Virus record (IMG/VR): IMGVR_UViG_3300042691_041259
Coordinates: 96,001-160,000 of that record
Reading direction: 5' to 3' (one strand)
Length of the DNA: 64,000 nucleotides
DNA from: a virus
Taxonomy: Duplodnaviria > Caudoviricetes
In this document: piece after piece, positions 1 through 8,169 of the stretch
How the letters are laid out: every line of letters begins with the position of its first letter
Numbering within the stretch: position 1 is the stretch's first letter
Position numbers and translations under genes: made by a program
The notes under the pieces: generated by a model
What the model was told of the DNA's origin: nothing
The model's input: only the letters and a program-made list of their open reading frames with translations
Database searches by the model: none

Positions 1-293
1 TGTACCGCGTGTGTCCAGCCACAAAGGATTCCGCCTTCTTTCATCTGTTCCAGGTCTGCTGCAACAGGCTTTGGCAAAATAATGATGTCACAGTTATACA
101 GCTGTTCTCTTGGAGCTACTCTACAGCCAAAATTCAAAAAGTACTCATCGGAGTACCCATAGTCAGCGCCATAGCCTTCTTCAAACACAAGCTGCTCTCG
201 GACGCTTTTCTCAATTTTACGAATATGCTCGGGATAAATTGGAATGCGTTTTTCGTTTTCCTTATACGATGTTTTGAATACTCCTGTTGTCAT
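1..293 (-). CDS. N5-(carboxyethyl)ornithine synthase-like protein (AlaDh/PNT-family N-terminal domain), 5' part only; runs off the window start
   Basis: Not in the ORF track. My translation of the minus strand from the ATG at 293 gives MTTGVFKTSYKENEKRIPIYPEHIRKIEKSVREQLVFEEGYGADYGYSDEYFLNFGCRVAPREQLYNCDIIILPKPVAADLEQMKEGGILCGWTHAVQ with no stop. KENExR, FEEGYG, CDII..PK and GWxHxVQ match the Ceo synthase family as I recall it. The ATG overlaps the TGA of the ATP-grasp gene (ATGA, 290-293). Confidence 0.8.
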   Translation of the reverse strand, partial: MTTGVFKTSYKENEKRIPIYPEHIRKIEKSVREQLVFEEGYGADYGYSDEYFLNFGCRVAPREQLYNCDIIILPKPVAADLEQMKEGGILCGWTHAV

Positions 294-1378
294 TTCTTAT
301 CTAGGTTGAAAAAGTACCGATAACCGTCTTTTGCTTTGGGATCTGTTATGAGTTCATAATCCATTGCCCATTGCGACGATTGAATTTCCTTTTTGTATTT
401 TGGCCAGTAGTTCTGGTGTCCAGGAACTACGTATTTTTTGTAGATGTCTTCCAAGAATTCGTCGGGAAGCTGCTCACCGTAAAAGTCTTCATAAATTGCT
501 TTATAGACTTCGCACATTTTCACGCTTCCCAACCCGGTTGCGGATGAAGTTTCCATCACCCACAGCTTTCCTTTCTTATCTACTACAATATCCAGCGACC
601 AAAGGTTTAAGTCCAAGTCTTTCTTAATATCTGAACAGATTTGCAGAACGCTTTTGATAAATTCAGGAGAAACCTTATTTCTGTCTTGGTACACATATGT
701 AAAAGCAATTTTTTCATTTGCTTTCTTGGTCTTAATAGAGCGGTCCTCATCAATGGTAGGAACTCGTTCATTAATGATGATGATCTGGTCCTGGCAAAAT
801 ACTACCCGGTATTCTCTTTCAAAATCAATAAACTGGCAAAAAAGATCAAAATCTTCTTTGCTTTTCTTTAGTTCTTCGGGAGTGTCAAACTTTTGAACTC
901 CTAATCCACTGTGGCCATTTTTAATTTTGGCAATCACAGGAAAACCAACAGCTCCGTCTAGCGCTTCTTTTTTAGAAAACACTGTTTTTGGAAGCCACTT
1001 GTATTTTCCAAAAGTTTTGCCAAACAAGGTTTTATCGCCCGACGTTGGCAAAAGTTCTCTTTTATTGTATAAGAGATCGCTGTTTACCTTTTTATTTTTG
1101 ATAAACATTTCAGACTCTTTGTCCTGTCCGCCTCCGTAATAGAGAAGCGGAATTCCATCTACAATCTGAACCTTTTCATTGTCAAAATCATCTTTGGTAA
1201 AGTAATTATGAAACAGCGCATTTTTAGCGGCCATGTTGTATTTTTTTTCGCGGCCGTTTACATCTCCCGAAGTTGTGCGTATGTCATTGGACTGCATGAC
1301 CCAGCCAACTTTCTTGGCGTACTTGTCATACATATTGGCTTCAAAGATAAATTGTTCGTAGAGTTTAACGTGTTTCAT
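290..1378 (-). CDS. ATP-grasp ligase (RimK/glutathione-synthetase-like fold) with a capsid-targeting-like N-terminus
   Basis: FPVIAKIKNGHSGLGVQK, QFIDFEREYRV and SLDIVVDKKGKLWVMETSSATG are ATP-grasp motifs; N-terminus MKHVKLYEQFIFEA. Confidence 0.8.
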   Translation of the reverse strand: MKHVKLYEQFIFEANMYDKYAKKVGWVMQSNDIRTTSGDVNGREKKYNMAAKNALFHNYFTKDDFDNEKVQIVDGIPLLYYGGGQDKESEMFIKNKKVNSDLLYNKRELLPTSGDKTLFGKTFGKYKWLPKTVFSKKEALDGAVGFPVIAKIKNGHSGLGVQKFDTPEELKKSKEDFDLFCQFIDFEREYRVVFCQDQIIIINERVPTIDEDRSIKTKKANEKIAFTYVYQDRNKVSPEFIKSVLQICSDIKKDLDLNLWSLDIVVDKKGKLWVMETSSATGLGSVKMCEVYKAIYEDFYGEQLPDEFLEDIYKKYVVPGHQNYWPKYKKEIQSSQWAMDYELITDPKAKDGYRYFFNLDKK

Positions 1379-1386
1379 AAAAATTG

Positions 1387-1959
1387 TTATCCAAAGTATT
1401 CATTTTCAAAGTATAGAATCTCGAACTTGCTATCCGTGTTGATCAAGGTCAACGCGTTCAGAAGATCTGAGTATTCGCCCACTGCTTCATTCTGAATGTC
1501 AACATACCCTTGAATGAAGTTAAATGTAGCACAGTGAATGTCACAAAGAATTCTTTGACCTTTTTCACAGTACTTGTCATACAAATCGTATTCCATTTGG
1601 TAAGCGCGATTAATGATATCTACCAGGCTTACAAAATCAACTCGTGTAGGAGCTTGCGGAATGGCTGGCATTTCGTTCCACTGTACAAGGTAGTCCTGTA
1701 GACCTTTTGCGTGTTCTAGTTCGCTTGCCGCTTCAGCTTCAAAGAAAGCGGCTGCTTTTTTGTAGTTTACATTATTACACCAGTTTGCAGCATTTCTGTA
1801 GAAGTAATGCGCTGTATACTCGTCACCAATACGGTCATTGAGCATATTCACAACTTCTGCAGGAAGCTTATTAGGTGTGATTGGCTTAACCGCAGTCAGA
1901 TCAATTGCTTCATTGATCGTAATGTTGTTATCGCCTTTGAATGTTTGAAAAGTTTTCAT
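1387..1959 (-). CDS. Ferritin (non-haem, FtnA-like)
   Basis: Ferroxidase-centre pattern intact: E..Y (DEYTAHYFY), ExxH (SELEHA), E (QMEYD), QxxE (IQNEAVGE); four-helix-bundle length. Confidence 0.85.
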   Translation of the reverse strand: MKTFQTFKGDNNITINEAIDLTAVKPITPNKLPAEVVNMLNDRIGDEYTAHYFYRNAANWCNNVNYKKAAAFFEAEAASELEHAKGLQDYLVQWNEMPAIPQAPTRVDFVSLVDIINRAYQMEYDLYDKYCEKGQRILCDIHCATFNFIQGYVDIQNEAVGEYSDLLNALTLINTDSKFEILYFENEYFG

Positions 1960-2544
1960 CTATTTTATGTATTTTCTTAGCTCATCAAAGTACTTATGAA
2001 GCTCTTTAGGCATCTGTTCGTCGAAAGCTTTTTTGTCGTCGTCCTTTAATGCCTGACGAACTTTAGTTCCGCTTGGCCCACCGTCCTCTCTTGCGTCTAC
2101 CATCTTTACATTAAAGGATGGATCAACTGGAGTATCAGTTTTTGGACCAGTGATATATTCAACTTGTCTTTTGTAATCCGAGAATCGGTCACTTCCGCAA
2201 CCAACACCCATCGGCTCATAACCTTTGCTGCGTAGGAATTGCACCATCAGCGGTATTACCGTCTTTTGACCTTGTGGATAAATGAAATAGTCAGCAATGT
2301 AATTGTTAGCTTTTACCACATCGGCTCCCATCTTTTCCAGCAATGAATCCGGAAATGGAGACTCTTCTTTTTTGGAAAGAATTTGAATAGGTATCACAGG
2401 TAAGCCAAATTCCTCAGAAGTTCTTTTCAAAGCTGCCAAATGTCCATTGTGAAATGGCTGGAACCTTCCAGGAAAGAACACCACTTTTTGGCCTTCTTTC
2501 TCAAAAATAAAGCTTTCAAATGTCTTAACGTATTCTTTTCTCAT
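1960..2544 (-). CDS. HxGH nucleotidyltransferase (cytidylyltransferase-like, T4-like phage family)
   Basis: GRFQPFHNGH, GSDR and SGTKVR motifs; N-terminus MRKEYVKTFESFIFE. Confidence 0.85.
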   Translation of the reverse strand: MRKEYVKTFESFIFEKEGQKVVFFPGRFQPFHNGHLAALKRTSEEFGLPVIPIQILSKKEESPFPDSLLEKMGADVVKANNYIADYFIYPQGQKTVIPLMVQFLRSKGYEPMGVGCGSDRFSDYKRQVEYITGPKTDTPVDPSFNVKMVDAREDGGPSGTKVRQALKDDDKKAFDEQMPKELHKYFDELRKYIK

Positions 2545-3146
2545 TATGCAATATCTTTTGATTCAATCAATGTATACGTAAAAGAATTTCCATGCAGCAA
2601 AGCAGCCTTGCTGCAAATTGCCATGAATTGTTTAAAGTCTTTAATTCTTTTAAACACCTGACAGCCTTCGCTCCAGTTTTCTACGTATTGGCTTTCTGTT
2701 TTGGGATTGCTTCTGTGTATGTTAATTCCAAAAAGCCCTTCATCTACAATAACCTCATTAAAGGTCATATCTTTGTTTTTATCTCGCCAAACTTTTACAA
2801 GTCTTTGCTGGCAAAGAGCCTCATATTTTCCTTGATGCAGACGAATAGTATGCGATCCTCTGTATTGGTTAGGTATGAGTCTAGCAACACCCTTTGGATT
2901 GCTGTAATTCTTTACCGCCTTTGTTCCTGGATCAGTAGTGCATGCCCAAGAAAAAAACTTCCATTCACCGTTTTCCTTGTATGAAATAGTCAACAAATCG
3001 TCAAAAAGATTTGTGACCGACTTTCCAGTTGAAGAGTTTCTAACCCCAACAATGTTGACATCAAACCCTTTATTTTCTTCATCGTCAAACCAAACATATC
3101 CTTTGTTTTGTACGGCAGCTTTTATTTTTTCCAGTGTAAGACTCAT
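2544..3146 (-). CDS. L,D-transpeptidase (YkuD)-like protein, possible peptidoglycan-acting enzyme or endolysin
   Basis: C-terminal H-x14-SxGC catalytic-like motif GINIHRSNPKTESQYVENWSEGCQV. Confidence 0.6.
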   Translation of the reverse strand: MSLTLEKIKAAVQNKGYVWFDDEENKGFDVNIVGVRNSSTGKSVTNLFDDLLTISYKENGEWKFFSWACTTDPGTKAVKNYSNPKGVARLIPNQYRGSHTIRLHQGKYEALCQQRLVKVWRDKNKDMTFNEVIVDEGLFGINIHRSNPKTESQYVENWSEGCQVFKRIKDFKQFMAICSKAALLHGNSFTYTLIESKDIA

Positions 3147-3155
3147 AACAAACTA

Positions 3156-4478
3156 TTATTTTTTATAGGCAAGTATGCTTCGGATTTGATGAAGCGGAGC
3201 AAAAATTCCAGTATACTTATAGAGCTTACCTTTGAATACAAAAGTAATTCCTTCGGTAGGTACTATACTTTCCAGTCCGCCAGCAGCTGCTACTCGAGTA
3301 AGCTCGTGTTCCAGCTTTGCTACATCTTTTTCATCACCATTAGTGCGAATAGAAGAAATCACAGAATCAATTTCTTTTCTCATAGAAGCTGCAGCAGCTG
3401 TAGGATTAGCTGACAAAAACGCACTGATGTTTTTCATCATTTCAGTTCCAACTTCCAGGAAGAGACTTTCCAACGGACCGTATACCTTTCTTTTGAGTTC
3501 TTTTCCACGGCTCTTTTCCATGTCAACAAACCAGTTAGCTCCTTCGCCCAAGTCTTTTTTCAGCTGTGCCGCAGTGTATGACTTGTCAATGTCTGCTATT
3601 CTTCGAGCCAAACCGTCCATTGAATTTTCTGGAATTTCCACTTTTGCTTTAGCAGCTTCTTCCTTCAGAATTTTCTTAGCCATGCCTAAAGCATAATCAC
3701 CAACCGTACTGTTAGAAGTAGAACCGCTTTCTGCCATAATGGAATCAAGCTTGCTCTTGTAATAGGAAGCCCGTTCCTTTGTTTTTGGAAATGGAATAGA
3801 AGCTATATCTTGCGGACCTCGAACAAAGAAAGTTTCTTGAGCAGTTGCATTAGCATCCGCCACAAGTTTTCCAAGTTCTCTACCGGCCTGCTTATCTTCA
3901 CCAATTGCGTTACCATCTGCATCGTGTTCAACTACGCCATGAAATACAAGCATATTCTGTCCATACGGAACAGTATTTTGTGTAATAGGCGTAATGACTT
4001 CAACCGAAGCAAAATTCTTTCCATCGTTAAAGTACTTCTTTTTGTCAGCTTCTGACAGTGAATTGATGGCACCAGTAAGATCTTTCATAGCCGCATTATA
4101 TGCGGTTTCAATATCACCTCGGCCCGCAAACATACTTGCGATACCCGCAGAATCCAAAGCAGCTTCTCCACCATTTTTAAGGTGAGACTTGTTACGAGCC
4201 GCAATAAGCTTCCCGTTTTTCCAAGAGATCATGATGTTTTGACCGTCGGTCTTTTCTTGAACAAAGTTCTCAGGCCCGAACGCGCCGCTAACGGTGGCCT
4301 CAATCATTTCGCGAAGGTCTGCCATCGTCAGTCCTACGTCTTCAAACGGATGACTGATATGGCCGTACGCTCCACCTTCATTTACCGCATTCCACTCTGC
4401 CCAAGAATTAGTACGGCCTTCGTAAAGCCTTACTTGTTCAAGAAATGCATTGTAGCTGTATAGTCTGTTTGTACTCAT
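3156..4478 (-). CDS. ATP-dependent ligase/nucleotidyltransferase-superfamily protein (RNA-ligase-like, T4-like phage DUF6267-type)
   Basis: GHISHPFED; motif I EKTDGQN; motif III-like SVEVI; motif IV/V-like EGITF..YKYTG. Confidence 0.65.
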   Translation of the reverse strand: MSTNRLYSYNAFLEQVRLYEGRTNSWAEWNAVNEGGAYGHISHPFEDVGLTMADLREMIEATVSGAFGPENFVQEKTDGQNIMISWKNGKLIAARNKSHLKNGGEAALDSAGIASMFAGRGDIETAYNAAMKDLTGAINSLSEADKKKYFNDGKNFASVEVITPITQNTVPYGQNMLVFHGVVEHDADGNAIGEDKQAGRELGKLVADANATAQETFFVRGPQDIASIPFPKTKERASYYKSKLDSIMAESGSTSNSTVGDYALGMAKKILKEEAAKAKVEIPENSMDGLARRIADIDKSYTAAQLKKDLGEGANWFVDMEKSRGKELKRKVYGPLESLFLEVGTEMMKNISAFLSANPTAAAASMRKEIDSVISSIRTNGDEKDVAKLEHELTRVAAAGGLESIVPTEGITFVFKGKLYKYTGIFAPLHQIRSILAYKK

Positions 4479-4684
4479 TAGAATGTGCTGTCCATTATTA
4501 CTTTTGCGATATCATCAATTAAACCGCTTTTAGCAACATCCGCGCCTGGCTTAAGATAGTTTTCTTTCATCATATGTTCAATAATGACTGTTGCAAGAAC
4601 TTTAGCGCCTGATGGCTTATTCTTCCCTGCTACTTGTACTGCTGCTTCGGCAACAAATGTCTCAAATGATTTAGTGTAATTCAT
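4478..4684 (-). CDS. Small hypothetical protein, putative internal head protein
   Basis: 68 aa; N-terminus MNYTKSFETFVAEA; TAATG coupling to the next gene. Confidence 0.6.
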   Translation of the reverse strand: MNYTKSFETFVAEAAVQVAGKNKPSGAKVLATVIIEHMMKENYLKPGADVAKSGLIDDIAKVIMDSTF

Positions 4685-4957
4685 TTACGGTGCTGTTTTT
4701 ACATGATCTATGAATGCTTCAAAGGCCTTTGTAAGATCCTCATACGCTTCATCAAGATTCGTAATATCTTTCTGATTAGGCACACCCGACACTGGATTGG
4801 GTTCTAGCGTTGCACGCATTGCAAGCTCTGCGGCTGCGGCTTTCGCCTTCTTTTGCAGATCAAGATATTTGTTAACATACTGCTTGAGGCGTGCCTCAGA
4901 AGGACTCGCCTCGTTGATTCCGTTTTCAAATTCTGAAAAGTTCATCTTATTTGGCAT
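4685..4957 (-). CDS. Small helical hypothetical protein, putative internal head protein
   Basis: 90 aa; N-terminus MPNKMNFSEFENGINEA; abuts neighbouring genes. Confidence 0.6.
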   Translation of the reverse strand: MPNKMNFSEFENGINEASPSEARLKQYVNKYLDLQKKAKAAAAELAMRATLEPNPVSGVPNQKDITNLDEAYEDLTKAFEAFIDHVKTAP

Positions 4958-5375
4958 CTTTTTCAGTATCGATTTCGCCTTCCTTGTTTACTTCTTCTCC
5001 CTGCTCTTCTTCTTTCTTAGGCTTAGCATCTTTTACTTCTTCACCGCCTTCTTGCGCGTCTTCAGCAGCAGGGAGTTTTTCAGTTTCTTTAGCATCTTTA
5101 GCAGCAGGAATTTCAGCTTCTTTAACACCAGCTTCATCTTTTTCTTTTTCAACTTTGTCTTTTGCCGCAGGCTTAACACCTTTGCCAGCATCCCAGTCAG
5201 CTGCAATCTCATTGAAGAACTCTTTCTTCTTCTCGTCGTCCAAGTCAGCAGGAGATTCTACTCCGTACTTTGCAAGTTTTGCTTGGAAATAGTCTTGGTA
5301 AGACTTTTGCAGCTCTGATTTTTTAGCATCTTCGGCTTCGCGGATTGAACCAATCCATTCACTAAATTTTTTCAT
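4947..5375 (-). CDS. Highly charged protein, possible prohead core or internal protein
   Basis: 142 aa, E/K/A-rich; MKKFSEWIGSIREA; YQDYFQAKLAKYGVESPADLDDEKKKEFF resembles small T4-like phage proteins as I recall them. Confidence 0.6.
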   Translation of the reverse strand: MKKFSEWIGSIREAEDAKKSELQKSYQDYFQAKLAKYGVESPADLDDEKKKEFFNEIAADWDAGKGVKPAAKDKVEKEKDEAGVKEAEIPAAKDAKETEKLPAAEDAQEGGEEVKDAKPKKEEEQGEEVNKEGEIDTEKDAK

Positions 5376-5384
5376 TGTTCTATT

Positions 5385-6209
5385 TTATTTTATGTTTTCT
5401 TTTTTCTTTTGGAGCTTTTTAATCTCATCATTTATGCTCTGAATTGCAGACATAGCTTTTTTAGCCCCCGGATCGCTTGAATCACCTCCGTATTCATCCT
5501 CAATTTTTTTATTGAGAGACTTTTGTTTTTGCATCAGCGAATTTATCTTATCATCAATTTCTTGAACTTTATCGCTAACGCTACTTTCTTCATCTTTTTT
5601 CTTTACAAAGAAAATAGTATTTCCTTTAGGAGTATTTATAGGACCTGAACTATCATACTTTTTAGGGTCGGGAACTTCTGGACCGCCCTCCCCGGGCTTG
5701 TATTGATACATGCCCGCATCCTTTGCTTGCTTGACAGCTTTATCATAAATTTCCTTTGTTTTCTCGCTACTCATTATCCAGTATTCTTTTTTACCATCTG
5801 GATTAACGACTGACGCAGTTTTTGGGAACCCTTCAGAATCAGCTTCTTCGTATCGATCCTGGTCGGTTTTTACAAAGCCTTTAGATTCCAAATCTTCTTT
5901 TTTCTTTGCATAGTCCTCTTTTGCCTGTTCGGCCTTATCTTTTAGCAGATCTACCTGTTTTTGAATAATTTCCTTTTTCTTTGTGGAACCTTCCCCTTCA
6001 ACATCTTTCTTGGCACCTATTAAAGCTTTGATTTTGTCTCGTATAGCAGAAAGCAGTCCTTCATTCATGCATTCATCAATATTAACAAATTCAATAATCT
6101 CTTCTTCTGTTAAAGAATTAAATACATCAGAATTTTCTACTTCCAGCGTAAAACTTTTAATAGATTCTTTTAGAGCAAATTGCTCAAATTTCATAATACG
6201 AGTTTTCAT
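5385..6209 (-). CDS. Lys/Glu-rich coiled-coil hypothetical protein, putative internal head protein
   Basis: 274 aa; MKTRIMKFEQFALKES; further L/I/M-x-E sites (LTEE, IIE, MNEG). Confidence 0.6.
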   Translation of the reverse strand: MKTRIMKFEQFALKESIKSFTLEVENSDVFNSLTEEEIIEFVNIDECMNEGLLSAIRDKIKALIGAKKDVEGEGSTKKKEIIQKQVDLLKDKAEQAKEDYAKKKEDLESKGFVKTDQDRYEEADSEGFPKTASVVNPDGKKEYWIMSSEKTKEIYDKAVKQAKDAGMYQYKPGEGGPEVPDPKKYDSSGPINTPKGNTIFFVKKKDEESSVSDKVQEIDDKINSLMQKQKSLNKKIEDEYGGDSSDPGAKKAMSAIQSINDEIKKLQKKKENIK

Positions 6210-6223
6210 TTTTCTTATTTTTT

Positions 6224-6610
6224 TTATGACATTCCGTAGATGTTCTGGAATTTTCCGTAGTATTTATCCAACTCCTCACTAAGTATTTTGGTAACAGCTT
6301 CCTGACCCATTCCTACCGCATCGGCAAGCTTCTTGATGATATCTTCATCAATACGAAGTTTTTTGTCCATTGCATGAACAAAGGTAGTAACACACTGGTT
6401 AATGAGAGTTTCTAACTGCTTATCGCCTTCGGCTTTAGGCCAAAATATGTCAAGCAGATGAGATCTGAGTCCATCTAAAGTGGGGTCTGCGTGGTTAACT
6501 CCCGATGCTACGGGATTGTTAGTCATGGGAAGATCGTGAGACTTGGAACTCTTTGCGTTTCCTGCTCCTCTTGCATAACCCTCGTTAAGAAATTCTTTGA
6601 AAGACTTCAT
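6224..6610 (-). CDS. Hypothetical protein, putative internal head protein
   Basis: 128 aa; MKSFKEFLNEG closely matches the T4 internal-protein leaders (IPI MKTFKEF.., IPIII MKTYQEFIAE). Confidence 0.65.
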   Translation of the reverse strand: MKSFKEFLNEGYARGAGNAKSSKSHDLPMTNNPVASGVNHADPTLDGLRSHLLDIFWPKAEGDKQLETLINQCVTTFVHAMDKKLRIDEDIIKKLADAVGMGQEAVTKILSEELDKYYGKFQNIYGMS

Positions 6611-6626
6611 TTACCGGATATTTATG

Positions 6627-6635
6627 CTATATATC
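6627..6635 (-). promoter_or_regulatory. Putative late promoter GATATATAG (a second element, CATAAATA, at 6619-6626)
   Basis: Lies just upstream of the 6610 start; the same motif recurs before many structural genes; resembles the T4 late consensus TATAAATA. Confidence 0.5.
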
Positions 6636-6637
6636 CG

Positions 6638-8167
6638 TTAGAAAGAAACTTTATAGAGCTTATAGGGGAACCCTTGCTGTTTGTAGATTTTCATACGATC
6701 TTCTCCGTGCTTCATCAAATAGTTTTTATTCTTGGAACCGATAGAAAAGTCGTCCACAAAGTCAATGATATTTACCTTTTCCTTTCCTTCATACAGACGC
6801 ATTCCTCGACCGATTGATTGACGAACAATCTTTTCGCTTTTGTAAGATTCCACAAAGAAAACGTTGTGAATGTTATTGATGGAAATACCCGTTGAAAATG
6901 TTCCAAAGGAAGCAACCATAATTTTATTGGTTCCCTCTTCCATTCTTTTAATATAGTCTTCTCGCATATCTGGAGGAGTACTGCCATCTACATAAAATAC
7001 TTCTTTATCGGCGGTATGCTCTCGAATATAGTCATAGATTCTTCTTCCATATTGATCTTTTACATTCTGGAAAAGGACCAAGGAATTCTTGGTAGTTTTG
7101 CAAATAAAGTTACATACGTATAGGAATCGCGGACGGTTTTCTACCACCATCCGTTTCTCAATTTCTAGCAATTTAGCTCCATCAAGATCCCCGCTGTTCT
7201 TCTGTTCTCGTAATGACTCAAGTTTTTCTCGCACATCATGGTCCATATAGTCCATTTGTACAATCTTTACCTGTATTGGAGTGGCGTACTTATTTTCGGT
7301 AAGGAATGAGGCGCTAATGTTATTTACTTGCGGACCCAGGTATGCTTGAATGGTAAGAGCTTCAGTACTCCCGTTTTGTAGCATAGTTCCTGATAGGCCA
7401 ACCGCATAGGTAGCATCCATACAGTTTACCAAGATCTTTTTAATAGAACTTGCATTGGTATGATGCGCTTCATCCACAAGGACTGCGTCAATGCCTTCAA
7501 AGAAATAAAGCTCGCGCTTTACCAGTGATTGATATGTTCCTATAATGAGTTCTACGTCTTTCTTGGTTTTATCAGTACCTCCATGAATAAGCTGGGTAAC
7601 AAATTCCAGCTTTTTATTATTGTACAGCTCAAAGTCCTCGTTGGTCTGTAGAATCAAATTTGTATTAGGAACTACAATCATTAGACGGCTAGCTTTTCTG
7701 CGATCAATCATATATGCAAAAAGCATAAACATAATCAAGGTCTTTCCAGCAGAAGTCGCAATTTCACTAATGCTCCGTCGATATTTAAGGATTGGAATGC
7801 ACGCATCTACTTGATAGTCGCGAGGCTTAATTTTTGGATGGTCACTAAAGAATTCTGACACCCATGATCGAAAGTCTGCTTCATCAAAATCATTGTCAAT
7901 TACGCCTTCAAATCCTGCCACTTCAAGCTTAAAGCTATACTTATGGCATGTCTCCTTTAATTCATTCCAAAGCCCAACCGGGATTCGGTTGTAACGGTCA
8001 ATAAAAGATATGTAGCCATCCCATACCTTCTTTTTTACTAGCGGATGGAACCGCCAATTACTAATGCGTTTTTTAAAGGAGTGACGGATTTGATCCATCT
8101 CCAGTTCCGTGGCATCAGTTATCTGTATGAAACGTTTGTCTTGAGTTACTTCGGCTTTCACTTCCAT
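6638..8167 (-). CDS. uvsW: UvsW-like superfamily 2 DNA helicase
   Basis: PRDYQ Q-motif, ATSAGKT, DEAH, GLSGT, SFGTFSTGISI, QSIGRGMR; T4-like context. Confidence 0.92.
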   Translation of the reverse strand: MEVKAEVTQDKRFIQITDATELEMDQIRHSFKKRISNWRFHPLVKKKVWDGYISFIDRYNRIPVGLWNELKETCHKYSFKLEVAGFEGVIDNDFDEADFRSWVSEFFSDHPKIKPRDYQVDACIPILKYRRSISEIATSAGKTLIMFMLFAYMIDRRKASRLMIVVPNTNLILQTNEDFELYNNKKLEFVTQLIHGGTDKTKKDVELIIGTYQSLVKRELYFFEGIDAVLVDEAHHTNASSIKKILVNCMDATYAVGLSGTMLQNGSTEALTIQAYLGPQVNNISASFLTENKYATPIQVKIVQMDYMDHDVREKLESLREQKNSGDLDGAKLLEIEKRMVVENRPRFLYVCNFICKTTKNSLVLFQNVKDQYGRRIYDYIREHTADKEVFYVDGSTPPDMREDYIKRMEEGTNKIMVASFGTFSTGISINNIHNVFFVESYKSEKIVRQSIGRGMRLYEGKEKVNIIDFVDDFSIGSKNKNYLMKHGEDRMKIYKQQGFPYKLYKVSF

Positions 8168-8169
8168 TT

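Noticed and set aside
9-323. Plus-strand 104-aa ORF in the track
   Set aside because: Antisense shadow of the minus-strand Ceo-like gene, which has recognisable motifs and coupling to the ATP-grasp gene.
1960-2544. Firm NadM/NMNAT (NAD-reconstitution) call
   Set aside because: GRFQPFHNGH is compatible, but GSDR and SGTKVR fit the T4-like cytidylyltransferase family, and no NadV or PRPP-synthetase partner is seen in the window.
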